64,000 nucleotides of DNA, taken from positions 34,658,001-34,722,000 of the forward strand of contig NC_135664.1 of assembly GCF_964188315.1 (NCBI RefSeq), read 5' to 3'. Numbering within the stretch: the first letter of the stretch is position 1; each line of letters starts with the position of its first letter. Origin of the DNA: Podarcis muralis (lineage: Eukaryota). The position numbers were made by a program, and so were the translations under genes. Below the pieces are notes generated by a model, which saw only the letters and a program-made list of their open reading frames with translations, did no database searches and was not told the origin of the DNA. Shown here piece by piece: positions 1-12,413 of this stretch.

Positions 1-1277
1 ATTAAATGAGTTATAAATATTTAAGTGCAACCCAATGCTTAATCAGAAGTTGCCTCTAATGAACTCTGTAAGTCTAATGAACTCTGTAAGTCTTACTCCC
101 ATCTACACCAACAGTCCTTATACATAACCCAGAGCCACACATGCATATTCTATATACTTTGGTGTTATCAGACAGGACATGCATGAAAGGGTCTACTACA
201 GACCCTTTAATCATGGCCATTCAGTTGAATGTTCCACTGAAACAACTGACTACCATAATTAGTAATGTCATGCAAATGGCCGTTGCAGCTACATGAATGA
301 ATAAGACTCTTTTCCTCTATAAATGGGTATGGTAGAGCCATACAGAATACAATCATGACCAGTGTATTTAGGGTGGTGATGCATGTTAAACGGTGAATAA
401 GATCACAACATAAAAATGTAATATGTATTTAAAAGTAGAAGTCAAACAGTTACCCTTTCACACTTTTCCAGCACATTTTACGTGCTATAAAATATTTAAT
501 TTCTTTTGACAAATATGGGCATTTGCTAAAGTACAAATATCATTTTTCCAAAATTAGGGCAATGAAATATATGCTATCAATACCCTAAAAATAAACATTA
601 TTTCATCAAAATGTTAGACACCAGCAAGGTTGTACTGTACCTAATAACCAGAGTAATCATACTGGGGGCAGGAAGAGAGGAGTGTCCATGATAAACGAAC
701 TGCCGCATCCAATCCATCCTGAGCTTGCACCAGTTGGGACAGAAGCTGGGTAGGAGCAGCTCTTTTCCTGGTAATTCTGGTGCTTTTCCACCCCTCCAGT
801 TTCCCTCCCATTGGTTCCCATGGAAGGGCAATTCACTAAAGCAGCTTCAGGACTGGCATAGTTTTATTTCTGGTTTGGGGGTTTAACAAGAGAAAAATTT
901 GGATCATGGGGGTTCAATGCCTCCCTCTGTCTGCTCTGGCACTCCCTACTGCAGCACTCACCTATCCAATGCATCTCTGAATTCAGTTGCGGTACATTGG
1001 CTCTCATTCAGTCCACCACTTGGTCATGCACCGCTTATGAATGATCATGCCATGGATGAGTGATGTTTTATTATGGACTGGCATGGCATTCACCAGAAGC
1101 AGCAGGTGAGTAGGTCCACATAGCCACCCTAGCCTTGCTGGATGAGAAGAGCAGGCTTTGCTTATACTTTATGTTCTTCCTTCCAAGATAGTACACCTCA
1201 CTCCTTGTGCCTCATCTCCCAGTACCTATAACCCTGAAGATGATATAGCTTGAAAATACTCCTGTTAACAAACTAAC

Positions 1278-3932
1278 CTGTTGAATATCATAATGCTGTG
1301 CATAAGGGCTCTGTAATGGAGTACCCCAGCTGATATTCGAAGATGAAAGTAGTAGACCAGTATGAGGCTGTCCACCACTGTATGGAGTGTAGGGATCACC
1401 ATCCTAAAATAAAAGACTTTTTAAATGGCAAAGTGTTATGCTTTGTTAAACTGTTGCAGAATATCAATTGCCCAAGAATTCAGGAAGCAAATTCATAAAA
1501 TTTATGGACATTGGAAATACACAAGAATGAGCTGTCTGACCACATTAGTCAGCCACAAGTATCATGTGTGTTGTGGCAAGAGTTTTATCACACACAAGTA
1601 ACAATACGAATTTCAGAGAGAAGTGGTTTTTTTTTACATAAACCTAATCCAAATAATGCCAATTAGGAGCTGCAAAACAGTTTTCTATCCTGAAATATCT
1701 CACACAGCTGCATATTCTGCCCAACTTATTAAAAGAATATTCTAATGAATTCAGAAAATTAGTTAGATGACTGGTAAGTGACAACTAGGGCAGCATATTC
1801 AAGCTAGCACTCATTATGAGATCTATATATTATTTTGTTTTTTACTTCTAGCAACTGCCACATCTAAAAGTTGGTTAATTTTCTGAAATTAATAGGTAAT
1901 TGTTACCTCATCCTCTGAATCTCCCAGCTTTCCCAGATCAAGGCATGGAACTCTGTAGAAAATCAGAAATTAGAGAATGTAGCAAGCTTTCAAAACTTCC
2001 TTTGGTTTTCAGATAGCACAATATGTTTTCCTTTCAAGAAGTTTCATTGATTTCTAAAGGGGTCTAATTAAAAAGTTCCAACCCTCCTTTTCCTTATGGA
2101 GTCAGGTAAAAGAAGAAAATAAAGAAAATAAATGCACTTCAGACTATTTCCATCCCCATTTGCAAAGAACCCTTGAAGTTCTGTGAGGAAGTTCTGGAAG
2201 GCAATTTTTTGTTACCATCTCATAAAGCTTGAGCCAATGAAGATTAATTCTTTTTCACTCTCCACTCAGATAAGTAGCAATTCAACATTACATTTCTATT
2301 ACCTTTCTTAATAAATTTATTCTAATTATTTCTCTTATAACCATCCAGTAATCAAGTGAGATATTAATCGTAGTGAAAGTGGGTAATGCATTTGTGAATA
2401 TTTATGATTTAGAAAGAGGCATTCGGTCTGCTATTAATATTTAGTATCTGAGACCACTCTAGTTCTCAGTGAAATAATTGAAATGTTGAAATGTGTAAAG
2501 ATTTGCAAGAAGAAAACAGTGCTCAGCAAGGCTCCACTGCCTCTAAACATTATCTATAATAACACTTCTACTTACTTCACCCAGTGTACATAGATGCATG
2601 CACAGCAGCAATCCCTATCTTTCTGCCTTCATAGTCTTCCTAAATCCTCTCTAGCTCAAAAAGTCTTGATGTCCCCAAACATTCCTTTCACATCAGTCAG
2701 CTAGTTTTTCTCCTTTGTCTACATCTTTCATTCCTGAACCCAACAGCCCTCTGTACCTAGATAACTCTAATCCCTATATAAAAAATAATTTTCAAGTACA
2801 AAACTTGTTTAAAAAGCACATAAAACTCTGGAATAATTGTAGTAAAAAGAATGATACACTTCTCTCTACATAGTTTTCTTCAACGTATGAACTTGTTCAT
2901 TGAGAAATACGTGAAAGCAAAGTAACAAAGTAACATAAAAACAAGAACACGGACCCTATAGATACATACATACACACACAGAGACAATAAATAAAATTTG
3001 ATGAGAATTACTATTTTTCTTTGTAGAATTATGTAAGAAAAGTCTGCTACTAAGCAATTCTTATTTTCAGAGAGTTAGAGCTAGAGAGCCTAAGGCTGAA
3101 GTTCTACTCACGAAAGCAGAAGGTAGGATTTTAGGGGGGGATTCCCCCTTCCCCTGCAAATCTGCTCTGGAGGACTGGAATGCCCTCAAGAACAATGTGG
3201 GAGGTGGGGAAGGAAGAGACAGGAGGAATCTGAGAAAATAGCCATTGTCCTTCCAAGAGGAACAGCATCCACTGGACCAGCTGACCTTCCATTAACAGAA
3301 GGAAGGGCTGCTTTGGATTCATATGAAATGAAAAACGTGACAGTACTGTGAAGGGGTAGCGGGGGTGGGGGGGAGAGACAGTAAACAAAACATAGGCACT
3401 AAAAAAATGAAAACATTGACTTACTCAGCTGGTCGAGGGCCATGTTTTGTTTTTGTATGCGGCCTCCATCCCTAAGGGAAGAAAAAAATAGAACCATATT
3501 TAATTCCAGGGTTTTTTTTCCATATTTCTAAACCCTAAGATTTGAAATCTTTTAAATGAGTATCAATCAGGGTCGAAATACATTTAAATGATGGGCACAG
3601 TAGTGGAGAAACCAAGGTTTGTTCTTGGGTTTACAGCATGTGATTTGTCTGGAGGAGACAAACCACAGCCCCAGGATTGGATGACACATTAAACCTTGCA
3701 GCAGCACAGCAGCAGGAAGACCAGGGTTACAGTATTTAGTGACATGTCAGTTTAGTGACATGGTATTTTTCATACCACAACAGGATAGGACAGATGCGGT
3801 GTTTGATAGCATGTTGTAACAAGGGATTGTTTTGAAAAATTATATTAGCAATGAGAGACAAATATGAAAGAGGATCCAATACTGAACTTCACCTACCATG
3901 TACCAAGGACTTTCCAGAGAATGGTTAATGAG

Positions 3933-3982
<50 letters not shown>

Positions 3983-4249
3983 CTTTCGTAGATTTTCACG
4001 GGTACAGGAATGCAGGTTTTGGTGTCCTCGGGTATCTTCCCGTGTAAAAGTTGGGGTGTCTAGGCGACGTTTCGACGAGGTCTCACTCGTCATCTTCAGG
4101 CTGGTGCTTTCGGCTTCTTGTTACTTGTTACTTGTTCCAGTAACAAGAAGCCGAAAGCACCAGCCTGAAGATGACGAGTGAGACCTCGTCGAAACGTCGC
4201 CTAGACACCCCAACTTTTACACGGGAAGATACCCGAGGACACCAAAACC

Positions 4250-4285
<36 letters not shown>

Positions 4286-4377
4286 GCTCAACTTACTTGA
4301 GCAAGTTTGTAGTTCCTTGAGGACAGGGCTGCTTGCTTTCTTGGAGATGCAGCAACTCCTTTAATCTCTAAATCCAT
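1278..4377 (-). CDS. CAPS2: Calcyphosin-2, 5' part (first four coding exons; gene continues beyond the left edge)
   Basis: Exons 4377-4297 (exon starts 4398), 3471-3425, 1952-1907 and 1403-1278 all have AG/GT sites and compatible phases. They give MDLEIKGVAASPRKQAALSSRNYKLAQ/GWRPHTKTKHGPRPAE/VPCLDLGKLGDSEDE/DGDPYTPYSGGQPHTGLLLSSSNISWGTPLQSPYAQHYDIQQ, which matches the remembered human CAPS2 N-terminus (MDLEVKGVAA...VPRLDLGSLVDSDDE...LGWVTPCQTPY). Synteny with the GLIPR1 genes agrees. Confidence 0.9.
3979..4254. mobile_element. Penelope-like element relic: perfect 116-bp inverted repeat with hammerhead-type core, inserted in (TA)n
   Basis: Arms 4010-4125 and 4139-4254 are exact reverse complements with a 13-nt loop. 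Each carries CTGAAGA-T-GACGAG-TGAGAC-CTCGTC-GAAACGTC. Flanked by (TA)n at 3936-3978 and 4254-4281. Confidence 0.75.
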
Positions 4378-4450
4378 TTGAATTCAGGTATTAACTACCT
4401 GTAAAAAAAAAAAGGAAAGGAAAAAAAGGTTATTCTTTGTATTTTTCTTT

Positions 4451-4590
4451 TGTGTGCATGCACGCTTCTTCAGATACGGAAGCTCATACCAAGAACAAAC
4501 TTAGTTGGTCTCTTAGGTGCTACTGGACTATTTTTATTATTATTTTTTATATATTTCTACTGCGTCAGACCAACTTGGCTACCTACCTGA
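4451..4590. mobile_element. Penelope-like (Neptune-type) pLTR fragment with inverted 5' piece
   Basis: GCTCATACCAAGAACAAACTTAGTTGGTCTC..GGTGCTACTGG..GGCTACCTACCTG is a common squamate PLE terminus. An inverted CTGAAGAAG(C/T)GTGCATGCACAC piece precedes it. Confidence 0.65.
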
Positions 4591-5283
4591 GTCAAAAGGG
4601 TGACTGAGTTGTTTCAACTATAATGTAGTGTGCTTGCAAGACACGAGGGAGTATGACATGAAAATAAGAAATATTGTATGGGGGGGGTGCCAAATATTGT
4701 CATCTCTTAGGGCACCATACTATATTACCAAAGTCCACCCCTGAACATAGTTTCCATGATGGCTAGTAGCCACTGATTCACTCCGAAGACTCAGTTAGGA
4801 TCAGGGTTGTGCTGTCCTTTGAGGACAGTGATTCATCTCTCACTACTGGTGGCAGAGCCAGTAACTATGGGGGGCTAGCCAGGCTTTTTGCCCTGGGGTT
4901 AAGCTTCCCGAAGGGTGCCATTGAGGCTCCCAGCCTCTGTGTGTGTGTGTGTACTCGTGTACGCAAAACAGCATGGGGGGGGGGGGGTTGCCAAACTGGG
5001 TCTTTGACTGGGCTGAAATAAAGCCTAGTTTTGCCCCTGCTGGTGGGAAATGCTGTAACCCTGCCTGAGTCCATAGAACAGGGCGGGTAATAAAATATAT
5101 TGACTAAATCGTCCATTTAAACCAGCAGACCTGTTTACAGAACCACAGAATGGCAGAGTTGGAAGGGACCCTCCTCTGATAATCTACTTCCCTCCCGCAA
5201 CAACATTGATATCTGCAAATAAATGTATTGGGGAGAGGGGGCTGCCCTGCAGGACACTTTTTAAAGTAACTTGGGAGTGATCT

Positions 5284-5715
5284 AAAGCTATGGTTTTCCC
5301 AGTAGTGATGTATGGAAGTGAGAGCTGGACCATAAAGAAGGCTGATCGCCGAAGAATTGATGCTTTTGAATTATGGTGCTGGAGGAGACTCTCGAGAGTC
5401 CCATGGACTGCAAGAAGATCAAACCAATCCATCGTGAAGGAAATCAGCCCTGAGTGCTCACTGGAAGGACAGATCCTGAAGCTGAGGCTTCAATACTTTG
5501 GCCACCTCATGAGAAGAGAAGACTCCCTGGAGAAGACACTGATGTTGGGAAAGATGGAGGGCACAAGGAGAAGGGGGCGACAGAGGACGAGATGGTTGGA
5601 CAGTGTTCTCAAAGCTACTGAGTTTGACCAAACTGCAGGAGGCAGTGGAAGACCTGGCGTGCCTGGTCCATGGGGTCACGAAGGGTCGGACACGACTAAA
5701 CAACAACAACAACAA
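5284..5715 (+). mobile_element. Bov-B (RTE) LINE 3' fragment
   Basis: MVFPVVMYGSESWTIKKADRRRIDAFELWCWRR...KTLMLGKMEG RT C-terminus plus a (CAA)n tail. Confidence 0.93.
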
Positions 5716-5769
5716 AGGCAGGTGGGCCCCCTGGGACTTCCTTTGGGCTCTACTACATATTTAGCTAGC

Positions 5770-6760
5770 CTAGATGGCGGCGCCTTCGGGCACGCAAGGG
5801 ATCCCTCGGGACTCCTTCGCGCACGGTCCCGTTTCCTCGCCCCCAGAAGCGCGCGCGGCCGCGGAGCTCTCACCGCCGCCTGCCGCCGGGCTGGGGATTC
5901 GCGGCCAAGCGCGACGGCCGCCTCTCGGTTAACGCGGCTCCGTCCATGGCTCCTCGCCCTCCCTCTTGGGGCGGCGAAGGCGGCCCGTCAACAAATCTTT
6001 TCTCTCACACACGCGCGCGTGCGCGCGAACTCTGTGGAGATCCGACTTTGATGCTAAGCGCGGCGGAGAAACGGCGGTTGGAATTTGAAAGGCCCCGCTA
6101 GTTTCTCCGTTAACGGCTCCCGGGAAGGGATGCGTTGGGCGCGCGCCCCGGCGGTTGCCTAGGCGACCGGTAAACAAGACGGAACGCCTCCCGCTCCCTC
6201 AACCGCCACTTGGGCGCGTTAAGTTGAAAAGACGCCCCGAGAGGCGAACGGGGAGGCCGGGCGAGCGCCCCGATGGTCTGCCGCTCTCACCTCAGCGACG
6301 ACGTCCCTTCCTTCCTCGGCCTATTCCCGCCTGGGCGCTTCCTTGTCCAGCCTCCTTCCCAGCCCCACCTCTGCTCTCTCTTCTGGGCTTGTTCCGAGGG
6401 AACAGTCCGCGAGCTCCTCCCTAGGAAGCGAGCCTAGAGCTGCTGGTGCTGCCCTAGGAGGGGCGCATAGAGACCGGGGGGGGGGGTGTAGGGAAGCGGG
6501 CACCCACCCACCGACCGACCCATCTACCTTCCCCTGAAATCGCAGAGACAGCGTTGCATTTGTCAAAATGCGGCAGCTCCTCACCTGGAGCTTGCGCTCT
6601 TTTTTTTTTTACCAGGCATACCTACAAGCGGGAAGGAGGGGCGACTACTAAAGGCCACCGTTGCAACAACCTCTCTACTCCGTACGCTGCTACCATAACA
6701 ACATCGCGGTGCCCGGGACAAGTTCCAGGGGGCAATTCCACAAATCGGATTACGAGGTAT
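5770..6760 (-). promoter_or_regulatory. CpG island, probable CAPS2 promoter with non-coding first exon(s)
   Basis: Dense CpG/GC stretch 1.4 kb upstream of the first coding exon. Minus-strand GTGAG donors lie near 5871, 6289 and 6583; an X-box-like GTTGCCTAGGCGAC is at 6154-6167 and the palindrome CCGTTAACGG at 6107-6116. Confidence 0.7.
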
Positions 6761-7526
6761 ATATGAGCCAACTTTTGCTACTATGATAGCCTTCAGCTGC
6801 CCACCTGTTTCAGCGAGCGGCCCTGGTTTGTGTGTTTTTATAAAGTTCCTGCGCCCGCCAGCTTTCTCCTAATGCAAGAAACCACTATTTCGCTCATGAT
6901 CCTAAGCAAGCGTGGTGGTGTAAGATGGAACCTTTTTTTTCCCAGACACCCAGGCTGCAGGGCAATCCGTGTCAGGTTCTTCTATCCTGACAAAAGTTTT
7001 TCCCCTCATAATGTATTTTATGCTGCTCTCGGTAATGGATACAGTATTTTGAAATTAAGTTTACTGTATGTAAAATACCCAAGTGTGAATTCAAAGATAG
7101 CTTTATTTCTGTTAAATAAATCATGACACAGTGTAATATATCATGTTTGGTTGCTCATCTAAGGGTGCATTTACCTGATTTTAAGACCTGCTAAGGAAAA
7201 GATTATTATTATGTCCTCATATGTAAAACCACCTATGATTAATACTTCTTCAATCCTACTGAAGCCCTATTTAAAAACATTTGTCATAGAATTCTGTCTT
7301 CATAGTATTTGCAGGGATCAAATAAGAAAGAAATATTTGTCCTCAAATTTCAAACTTAGGGATTATTTTTCATCTGTTTTTGTCCACTTACACCTAATAT
7401 GGGTTATATGACACCCCATCAGGTAAGTTATTACATTTCACTATTGTTAGCTAGTCAGTTTTTCAATACTTCTGCTGCTCTATACAATTTTCAGGAAGGC
7501 TGGCAAAAATTATTAAGATTGAGGTA

Positions 7527-7630
7527 ACAGAATCATAGAATTATACAGTTGGAAGGGACCAACTCCCTGCAATGCAGGAATCTTTCACCCAACATGAGGC
7601 TCATGCTCTACCAACTAAGCTATCCCAGTA
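7527..7630 (-). mobile_element. tRNA-headed SINE with CR1-like tail (degenerate)
   Basis: Reverse complement reads GCTTAGTTGGTAGAGCATG...ATTCCTGCATTGCAGGGAGTTGG...ATTCTATGATTCTG; same family as 58551-58707, 32850-32920 and 45660-45725. Confidence 0.6.
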
Positions 7631-8060
7631 CAGTGTGTTTCCACAGTGAATTATATAAACTTTCCAGGGTATTTCAATTGTTTCAGAACAAAAGTAAAAA
7701 AAACAAAATAGGACTCACTGCTTGTCAGTACACAGTATTTGGAGACATTCATGTGAAACATGTAGATGAAACATGTAGACTTTAAAAGAAATTTTAAAAA
7801 ATGTATACAACATAATCTGTTACCATTCCTGGACTTTAATAGTTGTAAAAAATATGTTGCATCTTTACAGTGTACTGGAATACTATATAGAGCTTTTAGG
7901 GTAATATATACAGAAATACCTTTATATAGAATAAATAGAAAAGTTTCATAAATATATTGTTTCAATGCATATTGCAGCAAATGTGAACCTGTTCCATAAT
8001 AATTTAAAAGTGCATTATAATATGTGCAATAATTCATCTCGTTTTTAAATGTAACTTATC

Positions 8061-11000
8061 TTATCTACCTAATTCATTTTTAATACGTCGTCTTAACCCA
8101 GTCTCTGGTTCTGCTGTTTCTTGATCAATTACTTCATCATCTTCCACTTTCTTTGGGTCTTCCGTTGGACTAAGCAAGAACTCATGATCATAGTGCTTAT
8201 GCACCTCTTCATCACAGTGTTCCTCAATATCTGCAAACAGCTCTTTATGCCCACAGTTTTTATTATCACCCTCACCCATCTCTGCCTCAGGATGTGAACT
8301 GAATGACTGAATAAGATCTTCAAGCCTCTCTTGGCACGTGTGGCTAACATCTGAATTAAAAAAAGGGGGGGGAGGGAAGAAAATGGGAGATTTAAAATTA
8401 TAATTAAGTCCACTGTCTGTTTAATAATTAAAACAAAGCTGCTATCAGAAAATTGCAAATGAGCAACCAGCTTTATTAGAGATGGCAGTATACACTACAT
8501 TAAAGTATACAGTTCTGTAACTTGTCTATTAAACCATAAGTAATGTTTCTTTTGTTCTGTAGCTTAAACAAATATATAGATAATTCACAGGCCCACCTTC
8601 CTCTATAAAAATGAGTGAAGAACACCATAGAAGCCGCAGATCTGCATCCACTAATAATGTAATGAAAGGGTGGGCAATCTTTGGTCTGTTCTCCCCTGTT
8701 TTCCCCAAACCACACCTATCTCCCCTACACCTTATGTCAGAGCTTTCCAAACTTTTCATGCTGGTGACACACTTTTTAGACATGCATCATTTCATGACAG
8801 TAATTCAGTTTTACTAGCAAACCAGAGGTTAAACTAACCTCTTTCCAGTGCTGAGAGGAGCGCAGGGAGTGTTCATGCAATACCCCTACACATGATAGCT
8901 GACACACATGTCGCAACAGAGTTTGGAAAGTTCTGCCTTATGTCATATATGGTCGGGTAGCGGTGCAGCTGGTTCAGCTGCATGCCTAAGTATTCCATGG
9001 CAAACTCAATAGCACCACTGATTCATGCACAAAGCAGGTTTGAAGTCACAGCCTATCAGCCAATGGGCAGTGAGTTCAAGCCTGTTAGATTAGCTATGAC
9101 TGTGCTCCCAGCCCTATGCTCAGCACTGTGGTTCCCAAGTGTCCAACAAACAGCCGAGTGTTAGACACTTGGAAACTACTAGACAAGGACTTGGGACAGG
9201 TTGGCAGGACCGCCTGCAAAACAGCAGAACCAACATAGGTGGAGACAAATAGCAATTTGGCCCGCTGGGCTAAAAAGTTTCCCCACCTCTGATCTAATGG
9301 GAAGGTATGCTGTGCCCTCTAATTGCTTAGAAAGAACAATACTACACTATACCACCAAGTCATACAAATATGTCAAGACCCGCAAAATCGTATGCAAAAC
9401 CTTCAGCCAGAGTCTCAAGCAGGGTTATTACAGTGTGATTTTAACATACTAAAGATGTAAGTACCTTCTGGTTTCATTGTCGATTTGTCCAATCCACTTT
9501 CTTTCATCAGCTTCCTAATGGACTCAAGCTGTACCATAATTTCATCTTTCTGTTCCGAAGCCAAGGCATTAATGCTGACATGAAATTAAATGAAAAGTCA
9601 GCAGGTAGTAATAGAGAGCAGCTGTTAATATGCCACCAAAATTCTTTTTCTAGCCCTCTTATAAGAAAACTCTCACTGATATATTCTTATGACAGCACTT
9701 AAGAATCAGACAGGCTGTGGAACCATCTTTCAACTATGCCAGTCACTAGGGACCACCATTCATCACATCAAGGAAGCAATAGGAATTCTCCTGCTGTCGG
9801 GATTCTGCAATCCAGATTAGAACTACAGGACACAAACTGGCAAGTGCAAAGAAGCAAACAGCACTGTATTGATAATACAGGCACAAAACCTAACTGTGTC
9901 TGCCATGATGTGGGCAGAAGCCGATAAATGTACCTATGTAATATTGCTCAAGACACATGCAAAAGAAGAGATCCAAGATATATTCAAACTCTCATCTACT
10001 TATCTACCACTACAGTGGTACCTCGGGTTACATACGCTTCAGGTTACAGACTCCGCTAACCCAGAAATAGTGCTTCAGGTTAAGAACTTTGCTTCAGGAT
10101 GAGAACAGAAATTGTGCTCTGGCGGCGCGGCAGCAGCGGGAGGCCCCATTAGCTAAAGTGGTGCTTCAGGTTAAGAATGGTTTCAGGTTAAGTACGGACC
10201 TCCGGAACGAATTAAGTACTTAACCCGAGGTACCACTGTATTAGTCTAATAAATGTTTAAATGGGTCATTCAAGTGATACTGGTGTAATTTATTTTTCAG
10301 TCGTAAAATATTCAGACCTATAAATACTCCAAATGCATGAAAAGCCTGTATGAAGAAAACTTAATATTGGCACCTTGAAATCTGAATTACTCATCCAGTC
10401 TTGTGTAGCCTACATTACCAAAATGCTATTTAGGGTCTAGGAAGGGAATGTAAAGATTGTTCCAGTAATTTTTTTAATATAGTCAATTGTTAATGCAGAA
10501 AATATGGAGACAGCACAACAATTCACATGCTAATATTCTTGTGTTGTTTAATCACATTTACCAACTCACAATTGTCTCAAGAGCTGAAATATTACTAAAT
10601 CAAATCCCCACCAAAATACTCACCAGCTTGAAAGTGGATCTAACTGATTCAATAAAGAATTTAACATTTTCTCTGTCTGTGCTAGATGTTGCTCCAACTG
10701 CATAAGCTGGCGTTCTACAAGTGAGAACAAATAATTTTAAAGCAGTGTTGCTAATAGGTATTTAAAAACCTATTTTTCTACTTTTCCAGAGGAGCTATGG
10801 AACTGGACTAAAGCATTCAAGGGCTGTAATCCTAAACCTATTTTTATATTTAAAAAAATCAAGTTTCACTGAATTTACTTCAGGATAAACATGATTGGGA
10901 TTGCATTATAAATAATACAATGCAGAGAAAATTTGAAAAGGTCATTTTACCAGCAAAATTGGCTAGGAAAAAACAGCTTCACTTATTTGATTAAATGAGC

Positions 11001-12373
11001 AGCATTTGATCTGGCAGACATTTTTTCCTAAAAACCAAATACATACATTATCAATACTCGCAAGAATTCTGTTCTCCAAAATAGATTGCTGTAGTCTGTG
11101 CTAAGGAATAATGATACAAAGTAGCTTTGCCATAACTATTCAGTAAGCAGTGAGTGGAATGCATTTTCATGAATGCACTCAACTCATAAAACAGCATCCC
11201 AAAAAGCAATTAAGATTATACAATTCCACCAATTTGATTGCTGCTCACACAAATGGGGGAACAGAAGTGCTGTAGAAAAAATATATCAAGATTCTTAAGC
11301 TGAGGTGTGATTGCCTGAACTACTATGTGCAAACTGTATGATAAAGATCTCTAGGCCGGAGATTTCTGAATCGACTTCTACCTGTTTCTTTTGTCTTAAC
11401 TTCTGTAGTTTTTTCTTGCTTGGATAAGCTTTCCTCTTGAGATTTCATCTATGAAAGAATAAACAAAATTTACCACAAAAGCTTTTAATATTGAAAATAA
11501 CTAAACCTCAAGAAAACGTTTCACTCGTTTGGATTAATGTGAAGACACGAGGCAGGTAATAATACTTTATCTTGGAAATATAGTGTAATCCAAAACATAT
11601 TTCCCCATCTGCTTAATTTATGTTTCAGCCTCTTTATTCTCACTGACTTCACTATGACAAAACCAGCATCAATCCAAAATTTCCAGTTGAACTAGGCTGA
11701 AAACTAGCCCCTTCCTAGTCATAATGCTTTAACTTACAGTTCAGTTTTCCTGATTTAGTCATACCGATTTTAGTATAATTTATTTCAGATACAATCCTAA
11801 GAATGATTAAAATTCCCACTACTGCCTTTTGTGATCTGAATTCTGTATACAACACAGACATTTCTCTAATATCACAAAAGCCTTTCTAATAGAAGAACCT
11901 TTGGGAGACACAATTGTTGCTTATACTCCTAACCACATTTATTGGACTATAAAAGCATTTACAAGTCCAGCCTAAGGCATTTATATTTCATTCTTTCCTG
12001 ATAAAGCAAAGGGCTCCAATACTGGAAATACATATATTTATGACCAGGTTGCAAACTTGTTGTGGAGAACCCAGTATGCCAATGCATATTTCAACTGTTG
12101 CTGGAGAAATACACTTCTCCACTTGGTTATCATTTCCACTTCCACTATCAGACTAGGTGACTGCCTATCTGTAGACACCCTTTCCTGCGATGCAGGCCCA
12201 ACCACCTCCAACTCCAATTGGCTTTGCTGTTGACTTCTTCTCTCCTTTTGGAGTCAATCATTTGTCTACGCAGGGGTTGTGTTTGCTGCTATGTTTGTTT
12301 TGCTGCCTGCTGGAGCAGGAAGCTACTTGAGGGTTTCAGCTGAATAGGATGGTGAGGGGAGGATGTGGCATCC

Positions 12374-12413
<40 letters not shown>

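Noticed and set aside
1-1277. Further CAPS2 coding exons
   Set aside because: Candidate AG/GT-bounded segments contain stops or do not resemble the expected downstream CAPS2 sequence; the next exon is probably outside the window.
3864-4181. 105-aa ORF with IY repeat
   Set aside because: Artefact of (TA)n plus the Penelope palindrome.
5290-6051. 253-aa ORF
   Set aside because: Bov-B RT remnant reading through by chance into the stop-poor CpG island; not a gene.
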